The notes: a model not told the origin generated them from the sequence alone. Positions 23,610 to 38,243 are shown, numbered from the stretch's first letter. The stretch is DNA of 64,000 nt from Octopus vulgaris (GCA_951406725.2 OX597830.1:56544001-56608000), one strand, 5' to 3'. Made by a program: numbers and translations.

Positions 23610-26600
23610 TTAAGTAATAAGTTTGCATATAGTAAACAGGTTGGATGTGGTGCTGAAGAAGGAATAAAAACTCTTGAAATACGCATATACAACCATTACC
23701 TATTTTTCCGTCTTTGATTGCATTGTTTACATAAGGCATATTTGGATATTGAATGTAACAAATCAGTGCAGGCTATAATTTCTATAGAGAATCTGTAGCG
23801 GTAACCTTGAGTGATTTAATAAGCACTGCTAACACAGGATACACTATTGACTTAAAAAGTGTTTAATATACTCTGTAGTACGTTATGGTTGCATAATGAA
23901 ATGTGGTGTCTCTACAAGTAACTCTTTTACAATGGTCAAAGACGACGGTGGAGGTCTTGTGTAGCAAAAGTGATGAGTCAGACTCAAAAGCAATGCTTTT
24001 GTGTACAGACCTATACAGCCCTGCTTATGGTATATAAATGCATATATACACATGCATAGAGACAAATATATACAGATATATGCACAGATGCACACAGAAA
24101 AAAACACTCACACATACACAAACATATACATACACTTGCAGATACACACATACACACTTGTACAACCACTGTCAAACCTGCAAGCCAATAAGGGAGCCCC
24201 TATTCCCTACTTGATCTGCTATAAATAGCAGCCAAACCTCAATCAAATGACACTCTCTTATTTCATGAAATTATCCCTAGTTCACTGTGCTTATTTAAAA
24301 GACAGGATGGTTGGTCATGACTGGAATGCTTTTGGTCATAGCTAGCTCTGCTCTGAACCACAGCAACCATCTCCAGCATTATTTCTAACAATCATCTAAA
24401 ATCCCCCACCTCTGTCTTCACACCTGAATTTGTCTCCTGTCTGTCTTAACCTATATCAGTTGCTATTTCTGTAACAGGAAACAAAGAACAGCAAACAGCC
24501 AAGCAATCTTTAAATAGGTGCAGACATTAGTAGTGTAGTTTAGGAAATAGGCTTTGCAACCGCATGAGATGTGGGTTCGATCTCATAGCATGGAATTTTA
24601 GACAAGTGTCAAATGCAGATCTGCACTGACTAAACCCTAGTGATAGAAAACTGGGCGGGTGGAAACTGTGCTGAGGCCCACCAAAAAGGATCATTCCTGT
24701 TCTTGGGCGTTGAATGTAATTTGTCTCTTAACACCACCACCTCACCTTTAATTGAGTCCAATCTGTTATGATCACAAAGGACAAGTCTTTGGACTGAGGG
24801 ACAACTCCAGTCCCTCTTTTCAGTCAAGAGGCCCCTGAAAAGTGTCGCAGGTGCTACCTTTTCTCTTGGTTACTATGCCATTAAAAAAAAATTTGTCTTC
24901 TTTCTCCAAATTATAGTAAACACACCGTTCAACAAAGCTCCGTGCTAATAATATACTTTGTCTTATGATGTATTCATTCATTCATTTATTTGCTGGTTCG
25001 TTCATTCATTCATTCACGTAGCCAAGCTGAACACTGACGATTTCACTGGTGGATAAATACTCAATCAATAATATATTCAACTATTTCTTCTTCCACGGAG
25101 AGGATGATGATGATGATGATAACGATAACAACAAAAACAACAATAGCATTAATGATATGGATATGACTTGTCAACTTCAAAGAATATGCAAATTTATGGC
25201 TCTGTAATCACAATAACATTCATGCATGAGAGATTAAGAAAATTTGAATAATAAGTATATAAATGAACATATAAATACTAAGTGCCAGATACAAAGTGGC
25301 AAGGTAACACACACACACACACACACACACACAGAGGCATGCACATATACACATATACACACACGTGCATGCACACATATATTAATGTTTGTTTTTATAT
25401 CAAGTTATAATCATCATCATCATCATCATTTAAGGTCTGTTTCCCGTGTTGGCATAGGTTGAACGCTTTGACAGGATACGGCAAAGGATTACTCAATACT
25501 TTTTTTTCATAGAGCACACATTTATTAAATTTCTTTTTTTACAAGGAAAATAGGTTGACAGTGACTTTGAAGTTCTCGCTTGCTTGACTTCATTCGACAG
25601 TCTGCTGAAGGTGAGTGAACTAAAACTTCAAAGTCACTGCCAATCTTTTCCTTGTAAAAGTTAATACATACACACACATACACACATATAGTTGTAGCGG
25701 GACATGTGTGAAGTGGGGGGGGGAGTGGCTTAGTGGTTAGGATATTTGGTTCATAATTGCAAGGTCGTGAGTTCAATTCCTGGCAGCACGTTGTGTCCTT
25801 GAGCAAAACGCTTCATTTCACGTTGCTCCAGTCCACTCAGCTGGCAAAAATGAGTCATACCTGTATTTCAAAGGGCAAGTCTTGTCACATTCTGTATCAT
25901 GCTAAATCTCCCTGAGAACTATGTTAAGGGTACGCTTCACACGCAGGCTGTTCCATTGATTGGATCATCTGGAACTCTCGTCGTTGGAATTAACAGTGTG
26001 CCAATCAAGTAGGGCCCATATGCTATGACCAGGTACTGAAAGTGGACATGAGCCATACAAATGAAAAGTATGGAAGATCGTAACAAGCAGTAGCCATGGA
26101 AATTTCATGGTTATTCTGAAAATCATAAGATTAACGGAAGGGAATAGAGAACTATGAAATAAATACATAATTTCTTTGGAGATTATGCATTTTTCCCAAA
26201 GCACTTGATTTTGGAGGTGATGTAAGATTCATATAGGCAATACTAAAAGAATATTTTTAAAACTACATTCTTAGTTATACACTTCCAGTCTGAGACTTGT
26301 TAATTATTTTTATCTTTATATCAAGAAGTGAACACCAACCATTTTTTATCTATGGACTCTTTTAATTACTATTTTATTCTGGTGGACCCCCATAGCGATT
26401 CAATGTTTAAAAACTAGAAATATTAAATTTCAGAGAGATATGAACAGTGGTGGAGCGATAGAGTGATTGTATACTGTCAACTTAACGTGACAGTCCTTTA
26501 AGGAATTACACCACCGCTATTTAGCCCTAGGAAGAATCGACGCTTCCTGTCAGCTTTGACACATTTCTTGTATCCTTATGTTTACAAAGGGGAAACAAGC

Positions 26601-26807
26601 ACCCCCAACAGCTAGGCCTGCATCCAGAGACATGCATGTTTAAAAACTAGTTTTATAGAAACTTCCAAAATTCCTATTTTGTTTCTCACACATTAACTTG
26701 TGTAGAGTGGACTATGTAAAACATTAGAGAAAGTAACCAAGCTGTTTCTTGCAATACATACCAATAAATACATCAAAAGCAAATTACTACTGTGGATCCC
26801 CAATGTA

Positions 26808-27371
26808 TTGGGTTGTCTGGAAAGTTTGTGCCAATTTTTAAAGGAAAGGAAAAGGTCAATAAATACTTGCCATTACATTTTTAATCAACCAAATATGAAC
26901 CATCTTCTTGCACAATGTGTCTCCATCTTTCCTTTAACTTGAAAATACCCTCTTCCCAGAATTGAGGGGGTTTCATGGCAAAGAATTCATCAAGGTATCT
27001 TTTTACATCATCCAAGGAATTGAAAGTTTTACCATTAAGACTACTCTACAGAGACCTGAATAAGTGGAAATCCGAAGGAGCAATATCTGGTGAATATAGA
27101 GACTGGGGTAACACATCCCAGCTGAGCTGTAGCAATTTTTATCTGGTTCCCAAAGCATCAAATGCCGAAAATGAACTTTCTTATCTTTCATTTTAAAGGG
27201 TTACAGAATTAATACAGGTTATAGGAACAAACCGTCTTCCAGGAAAAGATAGCTTAAACTGTGCTCTAAATGGAGGTGTAGTCAAATCCTATTTTATGAA
27301 CTCAACCATGTTTTAAAATAAGTCAAAAGGTAAGCTACTATAAATCGGCACAAACTTTCCGGACAACCCAA
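26808..27371 (-). mobile_element. Internally deleted mariner transposon
   Basis: About 30-bp TIRs (TTGGGTTGTCTGGAAAGTTTGTGCC / GGCACAAACTTTCCGGACAACCCAA) with TA on both sides. The minus strand has the transposase start MKDKKVHFRHLML joined to the C-terminal YSPDIAPSDFHLFRSL..FWEEGIFKLKERW. Confidence 0.92.
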
Positions 27372-27499
27372 TACTATTTTGTTGTGAAGAACACCAAAAA
27401 TTTTATATGAACCCTAGTTGAGAACTACTGCACTAGAAAGAGCTTCAAACATTGTCTTTAATCTTAGTCTTATTTTCTCCCAAAAAGTTAGCCTGTACA

Positions 27500-27755
27500 C
27501 AGGGCAGCAAGACATCTCTGATCACCCCAGGTTTGAATGTAGTTGCCCACATCTTCCCAGATGATGTTCAACTGCTTCATATCTTCGAAGGCAGTGTGTC
27601 ATACATTCTTGGGTTTCCACCAATTGCTTCATTCCTCTAGTCGTCTTGAGTAATTTGTTCACCTGGCAGTCAGAAAAATACTTCAAGGTTTGTGATTCTA
27701 TCCCTGTAAGTGATGTTCCGTGTTCTCCAGAGACACCATTGGTGGAATGCATTTC
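27500..27755 (-). mobile_element. Decayed RTE LINE remnant
   Basis: Minus frame NAFHQWCLWRTRNITYRDRITNLEV resembles the RTE motif FHxRCLRRILxIxYxDRITNxEV. Confidence 0.55.
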
Positions 27756-28734
27756 AATAAATATCATCATCATTGTTGGTTGGACAGTTTGACTGGGGTC
27801 TGGGAAGCCAGGAGGCTGCACCAGGCTCCAGTCTGATCTGGCAGTGTTTCTACAGCTGGACGCCCTTCCTAACACCAACCACTCCGTGAATGTAGTGGGT
27901 GCTTTTTACGTGCCACCAGCACAGGAGCCAGGAGAGGCTGGCAGCGGCCACGATCGAAAAATCATTATCATCATCTATTTCCCATGCTGGTATGGGTTGG
28001 ATGGTTTGACCTGAGCTGGTAAGGCCAGAGGCCACATCAGGCTCCATTATCTGTTCTGGTTCGGTTTCTATGGCTGGATGCCCTTCCTAACACCAACCAC
28101 TCTACAGAGTGTACTGGGTGCTGTGTATGTGGCACCAGTGCTTTTAATGGAGAACTAGCACCAGTATCAATTCTGATGTGGAGGGGTCTTGTAAACAAAT
28201 CACATTATTAATATATAATGTATATGTGTGTGTGCGTGAGAGAGTATTTATGTACATTTATACCCCTATGTATGTATAATCTTGTTTTTATATGTCCATA
28301 TTTATAGATATAGTCCTGCATATGTGTGTATATGAATGTATGAGCATGCATGTACGAGTGTGTGTGTGTGTATATATACACACACACACACATGCATATA
28401 TCTATGTAAGTACTATTTACATATACATATACATATTATTCACAGGCATTTACATCTATGCATGTGTATGTATACATACTAGGCTTGGTGGGAGGCAATG
28501 ATTAAAGAATTGACTCCCTACCCCCACACACAGTGAGAAAAAAGTGAACCATAGAGGAGGACAATGAGTAAATTACTAAGGGAAGTGGCAAAATATCTTT
28601 CATACTATGAACACAACTGTCCGATGAATGGTAATATGAAACAGCTTGCGAAAATTTTCTGGCTTCAATAAAAGCATATTACTCTACCTTTGGTATTTGA
28701 GTACTACTGCTTACTCATGTGTGTGTCGGGGGTG

Positions 28735-28745
28735 TATATGTGTAT

Positions 28746-28776
<31 letters not shown>

Positions 28777-28880
28777 CATATATATTTATATGTATATGTA
28801 TATGTGCATATATATATTTATATGTATATGTGCATATATATATTTATATGTATATGTGCATATATATATTTATATGTATA

Positions 28881-28926
<46 letters not shown>

Positions 28927-28974
28927 TATATGTATATGTATATGTGCATATATATATTTATATGTATATGTATA

Positions 28975-29017
<43 letters not shown>
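28735..29017. repeat. Compound (TA)n/(TATATG)n repeat with higher-order units
   Basis: Seen directly. Confidence 0.95.
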
Positions 29018-29021
<4 letters not shown>

Positions 29022-29618
29022 ACTCACTGGTTTTTTTCTGTTCTGACTGCAATAAGCTAACAGCATAATGGTGTTTTAATTGTAACTAATCAAATATTAT
29101 TAATTTGTGTGGAAAATTGATTGAAAGGTGACAGACAGAAAACAGGAGACAGAAGACAAGGAAACAGCAGACAAGGACAGTGAGGTGGAAGAGAAAAAAG
29201 AAGAAAGATAGGCAAAGACAGACAAAGAAGACAGAAGAAAGCAGAGAGGAGACAACGAATAACAAAGATGAAGGTGACAGCAGAAGAAGCAAAAGAAAGA
29301 CAGAAGAGGAAAAAAATAAATGAAAAGAATATCAACAACAGCTGAAGTAAGTTTGACTGGCAAGAAAACGGTCTGTCTCTGTTGGTATTGGAGACTTGCT
29401 TTTGGAGTTTATTATTGAAGAATTGTGAGATAGATTACAGAATTGAAATATAACAGTTATTAATTGTACAAGAAGAACACTGAGAAATCTGTTTAGTTTT
29501 TTTTGGCAACGGCTGTTATTGAACGGAACTGATTAATGGCCGGCCCTGGTGTAAACTTTTGTCTTATTGGAAAAAGAAAAACTGCCAAGCATTTCATATA
29601 GATATTTAAAAAATATAG

Positions 29619-29649
<31 letters not shown>

Positions 29650-29984
29650 CGATAGTGAGGTTGTGAGTTCGAATCCCAGACCGGGCTGCATGTTGTGTTC
29701 TTGAGCAAGACACTTTATTTGATGTTGCTCCAGTTCACTCAGCTGTAGAAATGAATTGCAATGTCACAGGTGCCAAGCTGTATCGGCCCTTGCCTTTCCC
29801 TAGGATAACATTGGTGACATGTAGAAGGGAGGCTGGTATGCATGGGCGACTGCTGGTCTTCCATAAACAACCTTGCCCGGACTTGTGCCTGGGAGGATAA
29901 CTTTCAAGGGGCAATCCCATGGTCAATCATGACCAAAGGGGGTCTCAGCATATATATATATAGCAACACTTCATCCCATATCTT

Positions 29985-30477
29985 TCCAGGAAAACGCGGA
30001 ACGAAGTGGTGAGAAAGGATCTTCAGATGCTGGGCCTCATGGAAGGGATGACAGAAGACTGATACTTTTGGTGGTTTTCTGTGCTTGAAAAGACACATCA
30101 TGCTAAGTAAAATCATGGTTGTCCTTGCATACAGGCATGTCCCCTGCATCCCTCTCCAGCTGAGCGTTCCCAATCTTGTGGGCTTATAGGTGCTGGTGCC
30201 ATGTAAAAAGCACCTGTGCTGGTGCCACATAAACCCACTTGTACCAATGTCATGTAAACGAACCTGTACTGGTGCCACATAAACACACCTGTACCAATGC
30301 TGCGTAAACACACCCAGTACACTCTGTAAAGTGGTTGGCATTAGGAAGGGCATTAGTAGAAACTATGCCAAAACAGATATGGCGCCCAGGCAGATCTTTA
30401 GCAAGCCAGCTCCTGTCAGACTGTCCAGCTCATTCCAGCATGGAAAACAGACATTAAATGATGATGATGATGATGAT
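29985..30477 (+). mobile_element. RTE LINE 3' end plus family B UTR
   Basis: CCAGGAAAACG..GAAGTGGTGAGAAAGGATCTTCAGATGCTGGGCCTC (degenerate PRKTWxEVVRKDLQMLGL), then the family B body and a (GAT)n tail. Confidence 0.75.
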
Positions 30478-30993
30478 ATACACTCATTTTTAAGTTTAAC
30501 ATAAACTCATATTACTCTTGCGTATCCCCTATACTTTCAAATAAAACCCTTATATTTGCTAGAAATAATTATTCCCTCTCTAAGGATCAAATAGACATTA
30601 TTTTGATAGGTAGATGAACGATTATCAGATTTGAGGGTAGGTTGGACAAGGAGTGATACCCCAGATAACTTGATATAACAATGGGATCAAGTGACTCTGC
30701 TGAAGTAGCTGATCTCATTGGTATATATCTTCTACATTGCCTTTTCATGATGTAATCAGTTTATTCAGCAATAAAAAAAATGTGTCTGAAACAGCTGTTG
30801 TGAACCTTAACCTATTTGTGTTCTTCATGTAAACACTACACCTGGAACCTTTCCTACATTGGAGCTGGAACTTGCAATGATTCATGAAACTGTATCTGCC
30901 AGCATGTGTATATAATTTCATATACATGTATATTTATATAGATGTGTATATTGATTAGTTCATATGCATATGTATGTAAGTGTTAGGACATGT

Positions 30994-31028
<35 letters not shown>

Positions 31029-33067
31029 TATACACATGTCTGTATATGGTATATACACAGCTGTGCTAACCATGACTCTAACTTGGAGTCCTTATTTTTA
31101 AAATACCAATTCAAATGAATCCTACAAAACAATAATTTTATATATCATCTTCATCAGCAGCAGCATTTAATGTCTGTTTTCCATGCTGACATGGATTGGA
31201 CAGTTTGACTGGAAACTGGTAAGCTAGGGAGCTGCACCAGGTTCTCATCTGATTTGGTGTGGTTTCTACAGCTGGATGCCCTTCCTAAAACCAACCATTC
31301 CAAGCGTGTAGTGGGTGCTTTTAACGTGCCAGTTACGCAACACTGCCATCAACCATAACTGCAATCACACTTGGCTTGACAGGTCTTCATATATATATAT
31401 ATATAAGGTAAGAAAATGTGTAAAATTACAACATAAAAGTGCTTAGGCCAGACCAGGTTTCTAAAATCCAATATTGAATGAAGGGATATATGTTGAATAA
31501 GAGTTGGCTATAGGCAATGAACCAGTTGAGCTTATGTAAGAATAATAGTTTCCTTTCGTGCAGTTACATGCATTAAGCCTACATATACAAACAGGATAGC
31601 TTGGTGTGAGTTAATGTATATGAATCAGCATAGGTGCAAATTTTGTGAACAGCTTATTGTCCGTAAGGCATTGACTGGCTCAGAGCTATAGTAGAAAACA
31701 CCTGCCCATGGTGTTGTGCAGTGGAACTGAACCTGAAACCATGTGATCACAAAAAAAACCTTCTTAACCACACAGCTATGCCTGAAATTATTTAAATACT
31801 ATTAGTCATTAAGCTAACATTGTCATTTCCTTAGCAAATAATTACTTCTAATTAAGCCTTGATACTCATAACATGAAAAATATTGAAAGTAACTTTACTC
31901 CACTTAATTAAAAAAACTGTTTGATCTTTGATAAATACCACTTGACCTTTGACACAGCAACAGATTTTCTATCAACAGTGATCCTTCTGATCAGTCAGCA
32001 GATCAGAGAATGTTCTTGCTTTAACTCTTTAGCATTTAACACCTAAGGCATAACAGGCCATAATCGTGGCCATGAGGTACAGGTCGACTAGCCACGATCA
32101 TGGCCCACCAAGATAGATGCATTTAATTTATGGGCCTTTGTTGTGGTCTAATATCACTCAAACGTTCCAATACTTCCCAGAATGCAAAGGGACTAATAGT
32201 TCAACTAATGACTTCTTGCCATTATTATACACTAAGAAGATACTTTAACTATTTCTTGTTTTTTTTATGTGCGCATGGTAGTCTCATTTTCATAATATGT
32301 GCTCAGCAGTCCATGCTATGTACATGCAAATCCCAGTGCTTTATGAGTTAAACTCAAATCCCAGTGCTTTATGAGTTAAACTCACCATATCTACATGTTT
32401 TATATTCAAACTGGCCACATCTAACCTCTCACGCCAAGCCTACATTGACATTCTAAAAATAATCAATCACATAATTGAAACCTCAAAACTATAAGAGAAT
32501 GTATGTTTAATTCAAAACAATTTGAATATAAAAGCATTACATTTGACAAAATAATCTGATCACTAAAGCCGTCAAATTGTCAAAGCCGTCACGTTTTCTC
32601 AAAAATTTTAACATCTGTCCAAACCATACCAGCATGCAACATGGACGTGCACTCTTGAGCGTTCAGGTTTCTTCGTCCAGTTTATCGCTTGTTTATTCAG
32701 TTTTGAATTAATCAGGCATTATCTTGTAGCTTTAATATTGTGATGATGTGATCGTATATTTCTAGAATGACATTGTAGGGTAGGTGTGAGAGGTTGGATC
32801 TGGTCAGTTTTAACTTAAAACAAGCAAAATATTTTACACACTCATGGGAAAATTTGACAGGGACATTTATGCTGCCACCTAAAGTTGCTTCCAGAGTAAG
32901 AGAGGGAAAGAGAGATAGAGCTTACTGAGAAACAGAAGAGAGGGGGAGGTTTCCTTTTGGGGGGAAAAAACCTGCTTATGGATTTATGAGTTTTCTTTTT
33001 TTTATCATTATTATGAGAGGTTTTTTTCTTATGAGTGAGAGAGGATATAAAATAATATTACCATATA

Positions 33068-33460
33068 GGCATAGGAGTGGCTGTGTGGTAAGTAGCTTGC
33101 TTATGAGCCACATGGTTCCGGGTTCAGTCCTACTGCATGGCACATTGGGCAAGTGTCTTCTACTATAGCCTCGGGCCGACCAAGGCCTTGTGAGTGGATT
33201 TGGTAGACAGAAACTGAAAGAAGCCCGTCGTATATATGCATGTATATATATATATACACACACATATATATATATACATATATATGTATGTATGTGTGTG
33301 TATATGTTTGTGTGTCTGTGTTTGTCCCCTCAACATCACTTGACAACCAATGGTGGTGTGTTTACATCTCCGTAACTTAGCGGTTCGGCAAAAGAGACCG
33401 ATAGAATAAGTACTAGGCATCCAAAGAATAAGTCCTGGGGGTCGATCTGCTCGACTGAAG
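33068..33460 (+). mobile_element. tRNA-derived SINE family A
   Basis: Near-identical head and body to 51115-51509. Confidence 0.85.
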
Positions 33461-33714
33461 GTGTCCTAGGAGTTGTGGATAGTGCCATTTTACCCTTGTT
33501 ATGGGCTTCTCAGCACAACATAACTGGAGATCATGAAATTAGTTGGTCTATATTCATTTAAAAACTTTAGGAATTATATGTGATTGATTTTCTTTTTTTC
33601 TTTTTCATTATTTTGTTTTCAAGGCATAGGTCAGCCCAGGGTTATAGTGGAAGACACTTATCCAAGGTGTCGTTCATTTTAAATGGTGAAACTCAAAAGT
33701 AGGTAAAGTAATAA

Positions 33715-33890
33715 ACCGGGCATGGGGGCAACCTTTTTTGAGAGACAGGCTGCATATGACATGGATCATCACCAGATGGGCCATACTACTAAAAAAAAAA
33801 AATTTAAGTAATTTTTCTTATCAAACATTCCATTCAGGAAGTCCTGTAGGCCACACACAGCCTGTGACCCAAAGTTAGCCCATGGTTGCT
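33715..33890. mobile_element. Degenerate hAT-like MITE
   Basis: Ends resembling CAGGGxTGGGCAACC and GTTxGCCCA, with internal GGCC-type subterminal motifs. Confidence 0.4.
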
Positions 33891-34518
33891 ATAAATATTA
33901 GCATGCAAATATTGTGTTAAAAAAACCCCCAAAAAACCTTTAGATGGAAAAAGTCAAAAGCTGCCCGAGGGACTTGAACTCATAATGACAGACATTCTAC
34001 TTTTGAACCAAAGCAATCATTCAAATTATTCTGGCAATTTTAGAAGCTTTGTGCTGGTGGCACATGTAAAAAGATTCGAGCAAGGTCATTGCCAGTACCG
34101 CCTGACTGGCCCCTGTGCCGGTGGCATGTAAAAAGCACCCACTACACTCTCGGAGTGGTTGGCATTAGGAAGGGTATCCAGCTGTAGAAACTCTGCCAGA
34201 TCAGATTGGAGCCTGGTGCAGCCATCTGGTTCGCCAGCCCTCAGTCAAAATCGTCCAACCCATGCCAGCATGGAAAGCGGATGTTAAACGATGATGATGA
34301 TGATGTTCTTAACAGTGAGAATGGTGACATGATATCTATCTATAGCTATTTTTATAAATTCTTCGCTATCTTTAAAATTAATTGGAACAAAGGTAGTAAA
34401 TTTCAACAGAAATTCTTCTTATCATGGTTTAGTGTACACCATTCCATGCTTGCATGGCTCAGATGGAATTTGTTGAGGGAGATAATATTTCCTTTAGCCT
34501 CACATGCTTTCTACAGAT

Positions 34519-34756
34519 AGGAGTTTGTCGTGGACAACGAAAAACCTGGCTGATGACAGTCAAGGCTGATCTGGAACCCAACCTAGGTCTCCATATCTAC
34601 GGCGTTCGCCGCTGGAATAAGGAGTGGTTGGAGATCACGCGGTCGTTAGCCTCAAATCGCCAGGCCTGGTTGGTGTTTCTGAGAGATGCAGCATTGAGGA
34701 TGGATGAAGCCAGCTCAACCCACCCTAGGTGAATGCAGTCTCAAGTCAAGTCAAAG
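34519..34756 (+). mobile_element. RTE LINE 3' end with (CAAGT)n tail and 11-bp TSD
   Basis: Encodes RGQRKTWLMTVKADLEP..RRWNKEW..LASNRQAW*. Flanked by TTTCTACAGAT at 34508-34518 and 34757-34767. Confidence 0.88.
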
Positions 34757-35571
34757 TTTCTACAGATGACTGAAAATGAACAACATTGCTTATACGATGA
34801 TGCTCATATACAATCCTTTCGTGATGTCAAAACAAGGGCACACATACAAACACACAAAATGGGCTTCTTTCAGTTTTTGTATACCACATTCACTCACAGG
34901 TCCAGGGCTATAGTAGAAGACCCTTACGCAAGGTGCTATGCAGTGGAACTGTACCTGAGACTGCATAGTTGGGAAGCAAGCTTCCTAACCACACAGTCAC
35001 ACCACTGCTTACCATGCCTAGGGCTAAACAGTGCAATGATGAAAAATATGGTAAAAAAAAAATATCTATCTTGAGCCTACAGGGCTCAAGATGAGGAAAC
35101 TTATTCAGATTTTCCAGATATTTAGGTTGAAGCTACAAAATACTAACCCTAACCCACCACTACTGAACTGGATGGCAATCTTCACAGGGCCAACCACCAG
35201 GTATCACTGGTACTCCTTTTTAACTGAGTGTTCTGGCACAATATGAAATTCAGTGCTTTATGCAAAGACAGAAAACCCAACATGATCCAAGAATTGAATT
35301 CATGACATAATGATCATCAGTCCAACACGCTAACCACTAGGCCTTGTGCCTACCCATTAACATGAAAATTTTAATTATTTCTATGAAACACTATCTCATT
35401 AGTCAGCTTTTTGTGTTCTATTTAAATCTGTTATCAATAACAATATTGTCACATGATTTCTGTGAGTACACAAAAGCAAACAAAATTTTGAAAAAGAAAA
35501 TACAAAGGCCATCCTAAAATAATATTTACAAATACATTATGAGACAGAAGTCTGGTGAACTAGTATTTAGG

Positions 35572-35957
35572 TCCAGGTCAGTCCTGACTGAGTAGACTTA
35601 TGATTAAAGACATTCTAAACATGACCATCCAATTTAATCGTCAGTCATACCATATCAGCACTACATTATTCAATGTACTCTTCTCTGTTGTTGTTTAGCC
35701 CCAGGTCAGTCCTGACTAGACCTATGATCAAAGGCATTCCAACCATGACCATCCAATTTAATTTTCAGTTATAGTACATCAGGGCTACATTATTCAATGT
35801 ACTCTTCTCTGTTGTTGTTTAACCCCAGGTTAGTCCTGACTCAGTAGACCTATCATCAAAGGCATTCAAACCATGACCATCCAATTTAAGTTTTGAGTCA
35901 TAGCACATCAGGGCTACATTATTCAATGTACTCTTCTCTGTTGTTGTTTAGCCCCAA
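35572..35957. repeat. Three tandem units of about 127 bp
   Basis: CCAGGTCAGTCCTGACT..ATGACCATCCAATTTAA..CTACATTATTCAATGTACTCTTCTCTGTTGTTGTTTA occurs three times. Confidence 0.9.
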
Positions 35958-37638
35958 GTCTTCTTCCTCAAAATACTGCCTCAGTAAATTTCAATTACGA
36001 AGCAGAAGTTAATGAAAGTGTGGATGGCTCAGTCAAAACAGTAATGGCCAGCTAGTATTATAAAACAAGGCTGGCAAATTGTATTCTGTCACCAACACTA
36101 CACTGTATCCATGGCTAAGATATTTAATTGTCAACAGTCCACCTAGCTGTATGTAGGTACCAGGGTGGTGGTATAGTTTATTGAACAATGTCTACAATCA
36201 AAACACTGGCAAGTATTAATTTCTTATAGGAAATTAACATGTCCAGTCTATGTAGCTGTTAGTAGATACCACCATATAGTATAGGAATCTTTGAGAGGGC
36301 ATTGGATGAAGTGATCTTGTGCCAGATGGTGATAGGTTAGAGTGTGACAGAGAGGCAGAAACAGAGGTCTTGCTGTAGAGGGGGTACATGGTTACCCAGC
36401 CAGAGAGATAAAGAAAGAGAGAGAGTTGACAAGAAAGAGGGCAGAAACAGGTGTACTACCTCATCCAGTTGGCCACTGCACCTGCATGGTTACCTAGTTG
36501 GAGGGAAGAGCAAGACAAGGAGAAAGAGGGAGTGATCAAGAATGAGGGCAGAAACAGGTGTGCTGCTGAAGAGGTTGCCAAGAGAGGGGGGAGAGAGAGA
36601 GAGAGAGAGAGTTAACAAGAAAGAAGACAGAAACAGGTTTGCTGCTGTAAAAGAGATACATGGTTACCTAGCCTGAAGAAAGAGCAAGAGAAATGCCACA
36701 GATATAAGATAACAGTTTCTTTGTGCCCTAAGATCACAAGGAAGAGTGTCAAGTCTATGTAAACTGATCCTAGACACCGCAAGGTTTTTTTTCTCTTCAT
36801 GCTTAGTAGTTTTAACCCTTTAGCATTTAAACTGGCCATATCCGGTCAAAATATTCTTCCTGCTTTATGTTCAAAGCAGGCCAGATCCAGCCTCTCACAC
36901 CTACCCTACAGAGTGACACGGACAGCTAAGACAGCCGCAGTGACCAGCATGCTGTAGGTTTTACATTAGAGTGGCCTTCTCCTAAGTGAACAGCCTTCAG
37001 AAAGGGAGAGCTCCATCTATCCAAGAAGAACAAGAACGGTGTCAAAGAGGACACGGACCCACCCAAGAGACTCTACTCCTTGATTGACTGTCAGGGTTGA
37101 CTCGCCAAGCTTATTCCTTTCCCAAGATATTCACAAGGCAGTAAGGGCTTGTGCTTGGAGTTTCTTCCAAAAACATGCTAACTGACCCACAAATGAGACC
37201 CTAACAAGTACTATGTTCTCAGTCGGAGCAGACCTGGCAACATAAGTGGCCAAGAGATTCTACGCACCTCAAAACCCTGGAACTCCCAAATCAGAGCCCT
37301 ACTACTAGATGCAGTTGGAAGTTATACTCAGATATAAGACATATCATCATCATCATTTAGCGTCCGCTTTCCATGCTAGCATGGGTTGGCCGGTTCAACT
37401 GGGGTCTGGGAGGCCAGAAGGCTGCACCAGGCCCAGTCTGATCTGGCAATGTTTCTACGGCTGGATGCCCTTCCTAACGCCAACCACTCTATGAGTGTAA
37501 TGGGTGCTTTTTACGTGCCAGACGGGACTGGCAAACGGCCACGGTCGGATGGTGCTTTTTACGTGCCACCAGCACGGGGGCCAGACAAGGCTGGCAACGG
37601 CCATGATCAGATGGTGCTTTTTACGTGCCACCGGCACG

Positions 37639-37675
<37 letters not shown>

Positions 37676-38212
37676 TTTGCTAATACTGATTTTAAATTTT
37701 GGCACATGGCCAGATGGGTTAAGATGATTACATCGACCCCAGTGCTCAAATGGCACTTATTTTATCAACCCTGAAAGAATGAAAGGCAAAGAAAACCTCA
37801 ATAGAATTTGAACTCAGAACATAAAGACAGATGAAATGCTACTAAGCATTTTGCCTGGCATGCTAATGATTCTGCACACTCTACAAATACTGAAATCAAC
37901 AGAATAAATGGAAAAATCCCCTGAAAGTAGACTTTCAAAAAATGAACTTTGCTTTTATGAGTCTTTCAGGAAATCCATAGTCGACCGATGCCAAACAAAA
38001 GTAAGACTTCAGCTTGATTCAACAATGAAGATAAATATAATTTATTTCTCGGTCCAGAACCAAAATAAATACAAATGGGAGCGAGCAAATTGTTTCATTA
38101 ATCTGTCGGTTGCCGCAGAATCTATAAATTACTGTTTACACTATATAAACTCAGGAAACTTGTGTGTTTGTGCGTGTCTGTGTATGTGTGTGTCTATGTA
38201 TGTGTGCATTCA

Positions 38213-38243
<31 letters not shown>

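Noticed and set aside
36910-37335. GC-balanced segment resembling a non-autonomous LINE-derived repeat (similarly 44380-44970 and 60420-60765)
   Set aside because: No second copy in the window and no readable ORF, so it cannot be classified without a library search.
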